From: Alphaproteobacteria bacterium
GTDB taxonomy: Bacteria; Pseudomonadota; Alphaproteobacteria; Caedimonadales; UBA9215
Assembly (NCBI GenBank): GCA_024281375.1
Contig: JAJSAD010000020.1
Coordinates: forward strand, 7,070-71,069
Direction of reading: 5' to 3'
Length of the DNA: 64,000 nt
The notes under the pieces were generated by a model. That model did no database searches. It was not told where the DNA came from and was given only the letters and a program-made list of their open reading frames with translations. The translations under genes and the position numbers were made by a program. Numbering within the stretch: position 1 is the first letter of the stretch; the number at the start of each line of letters is the position of its first letter. Below are positions 11,961-21,846 of the stretch, one piece after another.

Positions 11961-12641
11961 TTGCTTATGGATTCCTTAAAACTCGCTCAGCTAATGTGTT
12001 CAAGACTTTGTCATGATTTGATTACACCCGTTGGAGCCATCTCAACAGGCTTGGAAATTATCTCTGAATCGGGGGATGATATTGATCCAGAATTGTTAAC
12101 GCTGACGGTACATAGTTCCCAGAATGCAGCCCAACGCTTGGTCTATTATCGGGCCGCTTTTGGTTACACGGCCATTAGTTCTTTAAATACCCCTGATAAG
12201 CTTGAAAAACTTCTTAAAGATTATTTGGCGACTTATAAAATTAACCTTGAATGGGGCTCTACCATAGAAGATAAAGACCTTCAAAGTGTTCAAGACCATG
12301 CCAGAATTTTAGTGAATATCGTTGGTTTAATGACAGAGTGCGCCCCCTATGGGGGGCATTTTAAAATTTCTATAACCCCCTCTGAAGAGGAAGGGGGTCT
12401 TCTTTTTTCCTTTGAATTGACAGGTGATCTCGTGAACCTAAAGTCCGAGAATAGGCAGGCTTTGACAGGACAATTGAGGGATGAGGATGTCACCCCCCAT
12501 AGTGTTCAAAGCTATTTAACACACACTTTTATTGAGCGAGAAGGGGCAGAGCTTTCCCTCGAGATATCTTCAACGGAGCTGTTTTCTCTCACCCTTAAAA
12601 CGGAAGGCGTTGGTGTGAAACAGTACGGGTCTTTATTTTAA
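11961..12641 (+). CDS. chpT: Histidine phosphotransferase ChpT
   Basis: LAQLMCSRLCHDLITPVGAI--GLE, L-YYRAAFG, P-GG, P--VQ-Y. Confidence 0.9.
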   Translation: MLMDSLKLAQLMCSRLCHDLITPVGAISTGLEIISESGDDIDPELLTLTVHSSQNAAQRLVYYRAAFGYTAISSLNTPDKLEKLLKDYLATYKINLEWGSTIEDKDLQSVQDHARILVNIVGLMTECAPYGGHFKISITPSEEEGGLLFSFELTGDLVNLKSENRQALTGQLRDEDVTPHSVQSYLTHTFIEREGAELSLEISSTELFSLTLKTEGVGVKQYGSLF

Positions 12642-12995
12642 GTTATAGGGTCTTAAGCTCTGTATTCGCTTTAGAGTATCTCCAAGACGTCTGATAATAA
12701 TTTCATCATTTCGGCCTTGAACTTCAAAAAAACCGCTTTTATTGGGTTCAAAAATTTTGACGGTATGGAGTTTTCTTCCATATGTTGTCTTCCAGGAAAG
12801 GTGACGTTTTTTTAGTAGGCTTACAGCCTCTTTGTATTTTAATGTTGGTGTTTCTTGACTGTATGTTTTTTTCATTAGGGGGATCAATAGTGAGGGGGGA
12901 GATTTTTTAAAGGGGTCAAATTCCTCTTCGAGAGTTGCATGAGAGAAGGAAAGTCCCAAGCAGGTTATAAATAAAATACTTAATAGAGTTTTCAT
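12633..12995 (-). CDS. Hypothetical secreted protein
   Basis: Probable start MKTLLSILFITCLGLSFSHA (ATG 12995) with signal peptide. The longer ORF overlaps the upstream gene. Confidence 0.65.
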   Translation of the reverse strand: MKTLLSILFITCLGLSFSHATLEEEFDPFKKSPPSLLIPLMKKTYSQETPTLKYKEAVSLLKKRHLSWKTTYGRKLHTVKIFEPNKSGFFEVQGRNDEIIIRRLGDTLKRIQSLRPYNLK

Positions 12996-13023
12996 ATGTT
13001 TAGTCCCTTTTATTTTGTCTGTT

Positions 13024-14346
13024 TTAAGGTTTGAAATGAGGCCATTTAAAAACAATTCCCAGGATTGCGATGACACCCAAGAGGGGAGAATAAATGACAT
13101 GGGTCATAATTTCAAGGGGAGAAAGCCCAGAAATAGAACTCGCGAGAAGAAGTTGTGCACTATAAGGCAACAGGCCTTGGAAGACACAGGTGAAAATATC
13201 GATCAGACAAGCGCTGCGTTCCGGGGTCACTCCATGTTTTTGAGCCAGTTTTTTGGCTATGTTCCCAGAAAGGATTATAGCAACAGTATTATTGGCCGTG
13301 CAAATATCCGCCAGGCTTGCGATGGCTGAGATGCTCATCTCTCCAATGCGAGGGCTCTCTTTTTTATTGCGGACTTTAAGGGCAAGGCTCTCAACCCCAT
13401 GAATGAGGAACTCAAGACCACCTTGTTTATTGGTCATGTAGCTTAAACCGCCAATCAAAAGAGATAAAATGAGAATTTCCTGCATGGATTCAAAGCCACC
13501 CGCAATGGCCTTGGACAATAAAATAAAAGAATAATCGGGGGCCGTCGCAAAGCCAATAAGGCCAGCACTTACAATACCAAGCACCAGCACCACAATGACA
13601 TTCATACCGGACAAGGCAAGGACAAGGATTACAGCATAAGGGATAATTTTTATCCAGTCATAATCTTGGAGGGTAAAGGCTTGTGCTGCCGGTGAATAGA
13701 AATAAAATACCGCAATCGTAAGAATCATCGCCGGAATAGCAAAGGCAGAGTTTAAAAGGAATTTTTCTTTAAATTTAGCACCTTGAGTGTTGACGGATGC
13801 AATGGTGGTATCGGAAATAAGAGACAGGTTATCCCCAAACATTGCTCCACTGACAACGGCTCCAATGCACCAAGTGCAGCTAAGGCCTGCCTGGGCTGAA
13901 ATCCCAATAGCAAGAGGGCCAACGGTCGCAATCACCCCCATAGATGTTCCCATAGCTGTTGCCATGATGGCGGCAATGATAAAAATACCCGGCAAAAGGA
14001 AAGTGGCCGGGACAAGGGAGAGGCCCCAGTTAACGGTCGCCTCGATGCTACCAATATTTTTCGTGACCATAGCAAAGGCCCCTGCCAGCAAATAGATGAG
14101 GCACATAATGATAATGTTAGGGTCCCGCACCCCTTCGATGAAGCTTTCAATACGTTTTGAAAGGGGCCCCTTGGCAATAAAAAGCGCGAGGGTAATAGCG
14201 GGTAAAATGGCGACATTTGGTGAAATTTGGTAAAAGGCGTTTTGAGTCCCGTCGAGAGAGAAGTATACACCGCTACCAACAAATATTGCCAGAAATAACA
14301 GAAGAGGCAAAAGGGCCAGGGGATTAGACAGTGTTGTTGGCGACAT
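13024..14346 (-). CDS. NhaC-family transporter (MetT-like, possible methionine transporter)
   Basis: GTSMG, GAMFGDNLSLISDTTIA--QG, ANNTVAI, QGLLPYSAQLL. Polytopic membrane protein. Confidence 0.85.
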   Translation of the reverse strand: MSPTTLSNPLALLPLLLFLAIFVGSGVYFSLDGTQNAFYQISPNVAILPAITLALFIAKGPLSKRIESFIEGVRDPNIIIMCLIYLLAGAFAMVTKNIGSIEATVNWGLSLVPATFLLPGIFIIAAIMATAMGTSMGVIATVGPLAIGISAQAGLSCTWCIGAVVSGAMFGDNLSLISDTTIASVNTQGAKFKEKFLLNSAFAIPAMILTIAVFYFYSPAAQAFTLQDYDWIKIIPYAVILVLALSGMNVIVVLVLGIVSAGLIGFATAPDYSFILLSKAIAGGFESMQEILILSLLIGGLSYMTNKQGGLEFLIHGVESLALKVRNKKESPRIGEMSISAIASLADICTANNTVAIILSGNIAKKLAQKHGVTPERSACLIDIFTCVFQGLLPYSAQLLLASSISGLSPLEIMTHVIYSPLLGVIAILGIVFKWPHFKP

Positions 14347-14414
14347 GGCGTTGGCATTGAAAAATGATTATATTATTATTGTAGCTTATTAAGGTTTTTT
14401 GTCACCCTGCAAAC

Positions 14415-14517
14415 TATAGCCGATCCAATAAAGTCCCAGACGTTGTTCCTGCGCTCCTTGTATGACGTATAGTCGTCGTCGCTGGCGCCTAGACCGGAAC
14501 TTATTGAATCGGCTATA
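14415..14517. mobile_element. Correia-like MITE, copy A (103 bp)
   Basis: Terminal inverted repeats TATAGCCGATCCAATAA / TTATTGAATCGGCTATA. Homologous to 49630 and 59231. Confidence 0.8.
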
Positions 14518-14624
14518 TACTTCATACGTGAGGACATTATGACTTTGGGATGTGTTGCCGTTTTGCCAATAAAGAGACTTGGCCACAGGTTGAAAGAGGA
14601 GGGGTATATATATGATAACGTCAC

Positions 14625-14653
14625 AAAAAATGCCCCCTGGGGGTGGGGGCATT
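14625..14653 (-). terminator. Intrinsic terminator of the chemoreceptor gene
   Basis: Minus strand reads AATGCCCCC-ACCCCCA-GGGGGCATT followed by a T run. Confidence 0.8.
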
Positions 14654-14675
14654 GTCTTAAAAATCTTATGAATTA

Positions 14676-16310
14676 TTAGGCTGCAGATGCAGCACCAGTA
14701 GCAGAATCGCCCCCTAGTTTCTCGATAGCGGTTTTTTGCTCATTAGAGAAGTTCAGGGCCACACCAACAAACTGTCCACTTTGAATCTGAGCAACCGTAC
14801 CGCTGACGCTTCCAACGTTCGGAATATTAAGACTGACGGCAGCACCGAGTTTAAAGCCACTAGCGTAACGCAAACGCGCACCGGAGGCACTAATATCCAT
14901 AATGTTTGTGTTGATGGTCGCTCCCTCACAGGTCGCAGAGCAAGGCAAGTTAACTTTTTTACGGGGGTCTTGGCGTTGATCGATGCCTTTAGCTTGGGCG
15001 ACGATGTCTCCTAAGGTGTTCTGGAGGACAGCGAACTGATCTTTAACGTTTGTTGCTGCGTCGGCAATTTCAACGGCGTATTCTTTTGTGCGACCGGCTT
15101 CCGCATTAATAGAAACAGCCCGTTCTTTTGCAGAATCAGATTCTGTTGAGACAATTTCAATGTTAGAGGCAATATCAGCAGTTGCTGCATTTTGTTCCTC
15201 AACGGCTCCAGAGATAATGGTTGAAATTTCATTCATTTCATTCACCGTCCCCCCAACAGAGTTAAAGAGATCAACGGTTTCATTAATGGTGCCTTGAATC
15301 ACGGTCACTTGGTTTGTGATTTCTTCCGTGGCTTTTTCCGTTTGATTTGCGAGGTTTTTAACTTCGGAGGCCACAACAGCAAAGCCCTTACCGGCATCTC
15401 CCGCACGAGCCGCTTCGATTGTCGCATTCAAAGCCAACAAGTTGGTTTGAGACGCAATTTTATTAATCATTTGGATGACATCACCAATGGTTGTGGCACA
15501 CGTGACCAACTCATCAATTTTACCTTGGGCCATCTGTGTTTTATCAACGGCTTCGGCTGTGATGGTTGACGAACGCGTCACCTGATCACTGATCTCCTTA
15601 ATAGCAGAGCTCAGTTCGCGAGATGTATTCACGACGGAGGAAATTTTTTCAGCATTTCCTTCGGCAGCTTCAACGTTTTTGCTGGATTCATCTTCAACGT
15701 TCGTAACAGCTGCCGATACTTTTTCCGCAACGTCATCTAGTTTCTGTGTACTTCCTGAAATTTGGGATGTTGCATAGTCAAAGGCATCTTCAATGGCTGT
15801 TGTCATATTGGAAACTTGTTCGCGCATTTCACCAACAGCATTCGCTTCAATATAAGTTGTTAAGGCCAGATCCATATCCAATAAAGAAGCTCGGATCATG
15901 GACTTAATAGCCATTTTAAGGTCTTCTGGCCTCTTACGGAATTCGTCCACAAAGGCATCGACAACAGCACACATAGCATAAGCATATCCCCCTATATACC
16001 ATTGAGGTTGGAGTTGAACTTTATAGTGCACGGAACCAATGTGCTTGACCGTCGTGAAATATTGTTGGGAAAATTCACCGGAAAAAAGGGTGCGCCAGTG
16101 ATTCTTTTGTTTGTTTTTTACGGGCTCGACATCCCCACCAAATTTTTCAGCAAGATTCGGATAACTGCCAACGTGATCATAAAATCCTGTTAGGATGGCG
16201 TCAAAATTTTTCTCTAGGATAGGAAGAGACCCTTTAAGGGCTGCTCTAGCATTATCATCCAGTTGTAAGAATTTTAGTCTATCTTTTAGTTCTTCGGTCA
16301 TTTTTCCCAT
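14676..16310 (-). CDS. Soluble globin-coupled chemoreceptor (HemAT-like) with C-terminal PilZ domain
   Basis: Sensor globin ([18 protein letters not shown]), MCP hairpin [29 protein letters not shown], PilZ RQDPR and DISASG. Confidence 0.9.
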   Translation of the reverse strand: MGKMTEELKDRLKFLQLDDNARAALKGSLPILEKNFDAILTGFYDHVGSYPNLAEKFGGDVEPVKNKQKNHWRTLFSGEFSQQYFTTVKHIGSVHYKVQLQPQWYIGGYAYAMCAVVDAFVDEFRKRPEDLKMAIKSMIRASLLDMDLALTTYIEANAVGEMREQVSNMTTAIEDAFDYATSQISGSTQKLDDVAEKVSAAVTNVEDESSKNVEAAEGNAEKISSVVNTSRELSSAIKEISDQVTRSSTITAEAVDKTQMAQGKIDELVTCATTIGDVIQMINKIASQTNLLALNATIEAARAGDAGKGFAVVASEVKNLANQTEKATEEITNQVTVIQGTINETVDLFNSVGGTVNEMNEISTIISGAVEEQNAATADIASNIEIVSTESDSAKERAVSINAEAGRTKEYAVEIADAATNVKDQFAVLQNTLGDIVAQAKGIDQRQDPRKKVNLPCSATCEGATINTNIMDISASGARLRYASGFKLGAAVSLNIPNVGSVSGTVAQIQSGQFVGVALNFSNEQKTAIEKLGGDSATGAASAA

Positions 16311-16402
16311 CTCTCTATTGTAAATTGCGCTACAGTTTAAATCATAGAGATGAAAACATTAACAAAACCTTACTAAAAGAAAGAAAGTTGGAAAATAATT
16401 TT

Positions 16403-17320
16403 TTAATGTGCTTTGGCTGGGAAAGAAGGCCTAGCCAAAGGTTTTCGGGCAACCGCTCCCACTAGCTCACGGCCATCTAATGCCCAGGTGATTGATTTAA
16501 AACCAAGGGCGAATTCAAATGCTTTATCGACAACAAAACCAGTCTTAGAAAGAAAAAAATGCATAAATTGAGCATCAAAAAACATAAAGGATTTATCATG
16601 CATTTGGTTGAGTTGTTCAGGCGTTGTGACCTCAGGGTTTGCAAAATATTTTAAGTTTTTCACATGTCCAGGATAGCGATGCTTCAAAAGAAGGCGTTGT
16701 TTATACTGGGGGATAAAGCTCTCAAAGCGTCTGACATAAGGCGTAATCGCTACAATAAAAACTTTCCCCCCAGGTTTAAGAATACGTAAGGTTTCTTTGA
16801 TTGCTTTTGTGACTTGATCTGGAGTGTAAAAATGTAGAACACGGTCCAACAGAATGACATCAAAACTATTATCCGCAAATTCTTTGAATGAATTTGGAAA
16901 AGATCCATGGAATAGTTTTAATGCCTTTAAATTTTTTGTCGGAATCAGTTTGTTGGCGCGCTTTGCAATAACGGCGAGGTGGCGCTTATCAGAATCTGTT
17001 GCCACATATTCCGCAACGTTACTTTTAAGAACATCAAGGGCGATATGTCCAAACTGCGCATCCACATGGAGAATATGTTTATTGTCTTGAGAGGCATAGG
17101 CAATGAATTCATCAGTGATAATATTGGTAACGGGAAGGGCGGCCCCTTTTTTGTTCAAGGTTTGGTAACGGCCATCGAATTGGGGTTTGGGGAGGGCGAG
17201 GTTTTCTTTTTTTGCCTTTTTCAGGAGAGTCTCAAAAGCAGTATAATCAGCCCATAAAGAGAAGGAGGTGGATGAAAAAAAGGTAGCCGCCGTCAAGAAG
17301 AGGGCGAAAAAAAATTTCAT
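16403..17320 (-). CDS. Class I SAM-dependent methyltransferase-like protein with signal peptide
   Basis: SFDVILLDRVLHF and RILKPGGKVFI. Motif I appears as HVDAQFG. N-terminus MKFFFALFLTAATFFSS. Confidence 0.75.
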   Translation of the reverse strand: MKFFFALFLTAATFFSSTSFSLWADYTAFETLLKKAKKENLALPKPQFDGRYQTLNKKGAALPVTNIITDEFIAYASQDNKHILHVDAQFGHIALDVLKSNVAEYVATDSDKRHLAVIAKRANKLIPTKNLKALKLFHGSFPNSFKEFADNSFDVILLDRVLHFYTPDQVTKAIKETLRILKPGGKVFIVAITPYVRRFESFIPQYKQRLLLKHRYPGHVKNLKYFANPEVTTPEQLNQMHDKSFMFFDAQFMHFFLSKTGFVVDKAFEFALGFKSITWALDGRELVGAVARKPLARPSFPAKAH

Positions 17321-17327
17321 AATAAAC

Positions 17328-18656
17328 CTATAGTAACATTTTGATGGGATTTTGAATAAAGCCTTTAAAGGCTTTTAGAAAGAGGGAGCCAACAGCCCCA
17401 TCCACGACACGGTGATCAACGGAGAGCGTACAAGACATAATCGTTGCGACTTTAAGGTCTCCCGAGTCACTAACAATGGCTCGTTTTTCGCCGGCACCAA
17501 CGGCAAGGATACATCCTTGGGGAGGACTGATCACCGCCGAAAATTCTTTAATACCAAACATACCGAGATTAGAAAGAGAGACTGTTCCGCCTTGAAATTC
17601 CTCGGGGCGAAGCTTGCCATCACGGGCGCGTTTTGCGAGATCTTTCATTTCTGTTGAGATCGTACGAAGAGGCTTGTTTTCAGCTCCTTTAACGATGGGG
17701 GTGATGAGACCTCCTTCAATAGCAACGGCCACAGAGATATCAACAGTTTGATAGATTTTGACATGGTCACCCGCCCAAGACGCATTAGCCTCAGGCACGG
17801 TAGTCATCGCGCAAGCCATGGCCTTGATGACAAAGTCATTTACCGAGAGACGCTCGTGTTTTTCAAGGTCCTCATTAAAGGCCTTGCGCGCTTCTAAGAG
17901 GGCATCGATTTGACAGTCAACGGTGAGGTAAAAATGAGGAACGGTTTGTTTGGATTCACTAAGGCGCTTGGCGATCACCTTGCGTATGTTATTGACTTTA
18001 ACTTTTTCATAGGCTGGGAAGAGCTCATCGGCGGGGATGATTTCTCCTTGAGGAATCCGGGCTGGCTGTTTCTTAAGGGCTGTGTTTCCGGAGGTCATAG
18101 CACCCGTAGAAGCAGGAGAAGAAAGAGCTTGTTCGACATCAGCCTTAATGACACGTCCCCTAGGCCCAGACCCTACAATAGAGACAACATCAAGATTATT
18201 TTGAGCCGCTATGCGTTTTGCAACGGGAGTGGCAAAGACTTTTCCTGAAGGTGAGGGGGCAGGTTGGGGGAGGGGAGCTGGTGGTGGTGGAGCAACTACT
18301 TCTAATTTAGAAACAGCCGCTTTTTCTTTAGGGAATTTATCAGAAGCTTTGGGGGTAGCAACAGAGCTCTCAACGCTTGTTGTTCCCATACCGTCAAGGG
18401 CAGAAGTGTCTTCGCCTTCTTCTAAAAGGGCGGCAATTAATGTATTAACAGCAACATCATCGGTGCCTTCTTGAACAAAAATTTTCCCTAAGGTGCCTTC
18501 TTCCACAGACTCCACTTCCATGGTGGCTTTGTCAGTCTCAATTTCGGCGAGGATATCGCCAATTTCAACGTTATCTCCTTCTTTTTTATGCCACTTGACC
18601 AAGTTTCCTTCAGTCATTGTGGGAGACAGGGCAGGCATTAGAATTTGAATGGGCAT
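17328..18656 (-). CDS. pdhC: Pyruvate dehydrogenase E2
   Basis: Lipoyl ETDKATMEVE, E3-binding GSGPRGRV-K-DV, catalytic DHRVVDG. Confidence 0.98.
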   Translation of the reverse strand: MPIQILMPALSPTMTEGNLVKWHKKEGDNVEIGDILAEIETDKATMEVESVEEGTLGKIFVQEGTDDVAVNTLIAALLEEGEDTSALDGMGTTSVESSVATPKASDKFPKEKAAVSKLEVVAPPPPAPLPQPAPSPSGKVFATPVAKRIAAQNNLDVVSIVGSGPRGRVIKADVEQALSSPASTGAMTSGNTALKKQPARIPQGEIIPADELFPAYEKVKVNNIRKVIAKRLSESKQTVPHFYLTVDCQIDALLEARKAFNEDLEKHERLSVNDFVIKAMACAMTTVPEANASWAGDHVKIYQTVDISVAVAIEGGLITPIVKGAENKPLRTISTEMKDLAKRARDGKLRPEEFQGGTVSLSNLGMFGIKEFSAVISPPQGCILAVGAGEKRAIVSDSGDLKVATIMSCTLSVDHRVVDGAVGSLFLKAFKGFIQNPIKMLL

Positions 18657-18697
18657 GATAGAGTGCTCTTATATTATTATTAGGTAGTATATAGAAG

Positions 18698-19696
18698 TTA
18701 CTTTTTATAGCAAACATCTTTAGCTGCTTTCACGATACGCGCTACTTGGGGGAGGGCAAGCTCTTCAAGATTTTTTGCATAAGGCATAGGGACATCTTCC
18801 CCCGTTACGCTGGTAATTGGCGCATCCAAATAATCAAAGGCTTCTTCCATCGCAAGAGCCGCAAGCTCTGACCCGACACCGGCAAAGGGCCATCCTTCTT
18901 CCACACTGACCAACCGATTGGTTTTCTTAAGGGAGGTGATAATCGTATCCCGGTCAAGGGGGCGAATGGTGCGAAGGTCAATGACCTCGGCGTCGATACC
19001 TTGTGTGGCGAGGTCTTCAGCGGCTTTGAGAGCTTTTCCAACCATTAAAGAAAAAGCCGTGATCGTGACATCTTTTCCTTCACGGAGAATGGCGGCTTTT
19101 CCAATGGGTACAATGTGATCATCCCCGTCTGGCACGTCGAAAGCTTCCCCATAAAGGAGCTCATTTTCCAGGAAAATAATGGGGTTGGGGTCACGGATAG
19201 CGGCTTTGAGGAGGCCTTTGGCATCCGCCGCAGAGTAAGGGGCAATAACCTTCAAGCCCGGGCAATGAGCATACCAGCTTGCAAAACACTGAGAATGTTG
19301 GGCTCCCACGCGAGCAGCAGCCCCATTGGGCCCTCGAAAGACGATAGGACATCCCATCTGCCCACCTGACATATAAAGGGTTTTGGAGGCACTATTAATA
19401 ATGTGATCAATGGCCTGCATAGCAAAGTTGAAGGTCATAAATTCCACGATGGGTTTCAGGCCTGCATAAGCCGCCCCCACGCCAATGCCTGAAAAACCAT
19501 ACTCTGTAATCGGCGTATCGATGACACGCTTGGGACCGAACTCATCTAAAAGACCTTGGCTAACTTTATAAGCTCCATTGTATTCAGCGACTTCTTCGCC
19601 CATCAAAAACACATCTTTATTGGCGCGCATTTCTTCGGCCATTGCCTCGCGGAGGGCTTCACGTACGGTTACTGTTGCCATATTTTTATCACTCAC
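18698..19696 (-). CDS. pdhB: Pyruvate dehydrogenase E1 beta (no lipoyl domain)
   Basis: [29 protein letters not shown]. Confidence 0.98.
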   Translation of the reverse strand: MSDKNMATVTVREALREAMAEEMRANKDVFLMGEEVAEYNGAYKVSQGLLDEFGPKRVIDTPITEYGFSGIGVGAAYAGLKPIVEFMTFNFAMQAIDHIINSASKTLYMSGGQMGCPIVFRGPNGAAARVGAQHSQCFASWYAHCPGLKVIAPYSAADAKGLLKAAIRDPNPIIFLENELLYGEAFDVPDGDDHIVPIGKAAILREGKDVTITAFSLMVGKALKAAEDLATQGIDAEVIDLRTIRPLDRDTIITSLKKTNRLVSVEEGWPFAGVGSELAALAMEEAFDYLDAPITSVTGEDVPMPYAKNLEELALPQVARIVKAAKDVCYKK

Positions 19697-20800
19697 TTAC
19701 CAATTAATATCATTTTTAGTTGACGGGTCTGTAGATTTTGCTGCGGCTTTAGGTTTTTTTTTCTCACTCTCTGTTTCAATAAGAATGTCTGTATAAAGCT
19801 CTTTTGCTTCTGGAAGAGGGCTTGCTCGGGCGAATTCCGCAGCTTGCTTGCAAATTTCTCGAGTTTCTTTATCCATGGCTTTGAGGTCCTCAGCCTTGAT
19901 CCCATGGTTGGATTCGAGAAGATTTTTCACAAATTCAATGGGATCACGATTAGACTTAACACCCTCAACCTCATCCTTGGAACGATAAGTCGCTGGGTCA
20001 GACATGGAGTGACCGCGGTAACGATAGGTGTTCATTTCAAGAAGGATAGGACCTTTGCCAGAACGCACATGATCAACGGCTAGTTGGCCTGCTGCTTTGA
20101 CGGCCAAGACATCCATGCCGTCCACTTTATGGCCTGTAATACCGTAGGCTTCTCCGCGTTTTGAGAGATCGCCTCCCGCCGCATGGCGATTAAGGGACGT
20201 TCCCATGGCATAGCCATTGTTTTCGAGAATAAAGATAATCGGAAGTTTCCAGAGAGAGGCCATGTTAAAGGCCTCATAAACCTGTCCTTGATTGGCGGAG
20301 CCATCTCCAAAGTAGGTCGCACATAACCCGCCGTCTTCACGATACTGGTGGGCAAAAGCCAATCCAGCGCCTAAAGGGATTTGAGCTCCCACAATACCAT
20401 GGCCCCCATAGAAATTCTTTTCCGCGGAGAACATATGCATGGAACCGCCTTTGCCTCTCGAATAGCCGCCCCTGCGCCCCGTCAGTTCAGCCATCACGCC
20501 CTTTGGATCCATGCCACAGGCTAGCATATGGCCATGATCCCGGTAGGCTGTGATGACACTGTCTTTCTTGGAGAGAACGGATTGCATGCCGACAACAATG
20601 GCCTCTTGACCAATGTAAAGGTGACAAAATCCTGCAATTTCTCCCGTCCCATAGAGTTGCCCGGTGCGTTCTTCAAAACGACGAATGAGGAGCATATCTC
20701 GATAGTACTGCATCAACTCTTTTTTGGAGGTCTTAAGGGAAGGCATCTGTTTCATGGTGGTGTCGTCCATTTCTGGTGATCGTTTTTTGGCTAAGCTCAA
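19697..20800 (-). CDS. pdhA: Pyruvate dehydrogenase E1 alpha
   Basis: GFCHLYIGQEA, GKGGSMH, GDGSANQGQ, YRYRGHSMSDP. Confidence 0.98.
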   Translation of the reverse strand: MSLAKKRSPEMDDTTMKQMPSLKTSKKELMQYYRDMLLIRRFEERTGQLYGTGEIAGFCHLYIGQEAIVVGMQSVLSKKDSVITAYRDHGHMLACGMDPKGVMAELTGRRGGYSRGKGGSMHMFSAEKNFYGGHGIVGAQIPLGAGLAFAHQYREDGGLCATYFGDGSANQGQVYEAFNMASLWKLPIIFILENNGYAMGTSLNRHAAGGDLSKRGEAYGITGHKVDGMDVLAVKAAGQLAVDHVRSGKGPILLEMNTYRYRGHSMSDPATYRSKDEVEGVKSNRDPIEFVKNLLESNHGIKAEDLKAMDKETREICKQAAEFARASPLPEAKELYTDILIETESEKKKPKAAAKSTDPSTKNDINW

Positions 20801-21184
20801 GGGGTCTCTCCAGAGGGGTTACGTTGCGATTAAAATATTCTTCTGGCATTTTATATGACACGGAATAGATAAACAAACAATTAATTTCACGGAAAAATTA
20901 TTTTTTCAAAAATGATGGAGAGTGTATGTTCGGCGTCAGAATTTTCAACATTATTTTTTGAGGGGGAAAAGTGACGGGTAACGTAGAAAGCTACATATCC
21001 TTTTTTATTATCTTATCCTTTTTTATTATTAAACTTATTATTCAAAAAAACATTTTTATAAGTAATTTTTTCCTTGGGTTTGTCTTGTGAATAATATTTT
21101 CAAAGCTACAGCTCTAACATATTGATAATTCTATGTAAGCCTTTGTTTGTCTCTGTTTTGACCCTTTTAACTTCTCTATCAGCT

Positions 21185-21193
21185 TGTGGATAA
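21185..21193 (-). promoter_or_regulatory. DnaA box upstream of mraZ
   Basis: TGTGGATAA is the reverse complement of the consensus TTATCCACA. Confidence 0.6.
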
Positions 21194-21213
21194 GTCTGTT
21201 GAAAACATGATTT

Positions 21214-21249
21214 TCCCATAAAATCCCACTTGTACTCCATGTGATCCCA
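21214..21249 (-). promoter_or_regulatory. Putative MraZ operator (four TGGGA-like repeats)
   Basis: TCCCA at 21214, 21224 and 21245 and CTCCA at 21235, spaced 10-11 bp, upstream of mraZ. Confidence 0.75.
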
Positions 21250-21360
21250 TGGTATACCTTAATTAACCATAGACAAATTTTGCCTAAAATTATTGTGTGG
21301 TTATTATGATTTTTACTTAAAAGAGGGCAAGATTTTCTCAGAAGTCTTGTCGAGAGAGAT

Positions 21361-21846
21361 GTGATGGCTTTGTTTCTATCAACGTTCGTGAATAAGGTGG
21401 ATAAGAAAGGACGGGTTTCCGTGCCGGCTCCTTTTCGCGCGGCGTTGTCAGGAGAGTCTTATCAGGGATTTGTTGCCTTTCGATCCCACAAACATGATGC
21501 CATTGAATGCTGTAGTTATTCTCGTATGGAGCAACTGAGCCAAAGTGTTGATACCCTAGACATGTTTTCCCAAGAGCAAGATGATTTCACAGCAGCTATT
21601 TTTGCAGATTCTTTGCAGGTGCCCTTTGATGGGGATGGTCGTATTGTGCTGCCCAAGAAACTTTTGGACTATATTGGTGTTGCCGGTGAGGTTTCTTTTG
21701 TCGGCCGCGGAGCGACTTTCCAAATGTGGTTGCCTGAGAAATTCGACGCTGCTCAAGTTGCGTCTCGTGCTCGCATTAAAGAAGCTCAGTCGACCTTGAA
21801 ATTGTCTCCCCAGGCGTCTTCCTCTGATAAGGGGGAGAGCTCATGA
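21361..21846 (+). CDS. mraZ: Transcriptional regulator MraZ
   Basis: DKKGRVSVPAPFR, DGDGRIVLP, VGRG--FQMW. Confidence 0.97.
   Translation: MMALFLSTFVNKVDKKGRVSVPAPFRAALSGESYQGFVAFRSHKHDAIECCSYSRMEQLSQSVDTLDMFSQEQDDFTAAIFADSLQVPFDGDGRIVLPKKLLDYIGVAGEVSFVGRGATFQMWLPEKFDAAQVASRARIKEAQSTLKLSPQASSSDKGESS

Noticed and set aside
14347-14414. SAM-II/SAM-V riboswitch upstream of the MetT-like gene (minus strand TTGCAG...TAAGCTAC)
   Set aside because: I could not find the 5' P1 partner or the UGAUUU motif. An Rfam scan, also with the MITE removed, would settle it.
14376-14652. Two short minus-strand ORFs (82 and 87 aa)
   Set aside because: They run across a terminator and the repeat elements and show no recognisable motifs.
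20801-21360. Replication origin
   Set aside because: Only one perfect DnaA box and no hemE, dnaA or parAB context. The features fit the dcw promoter.
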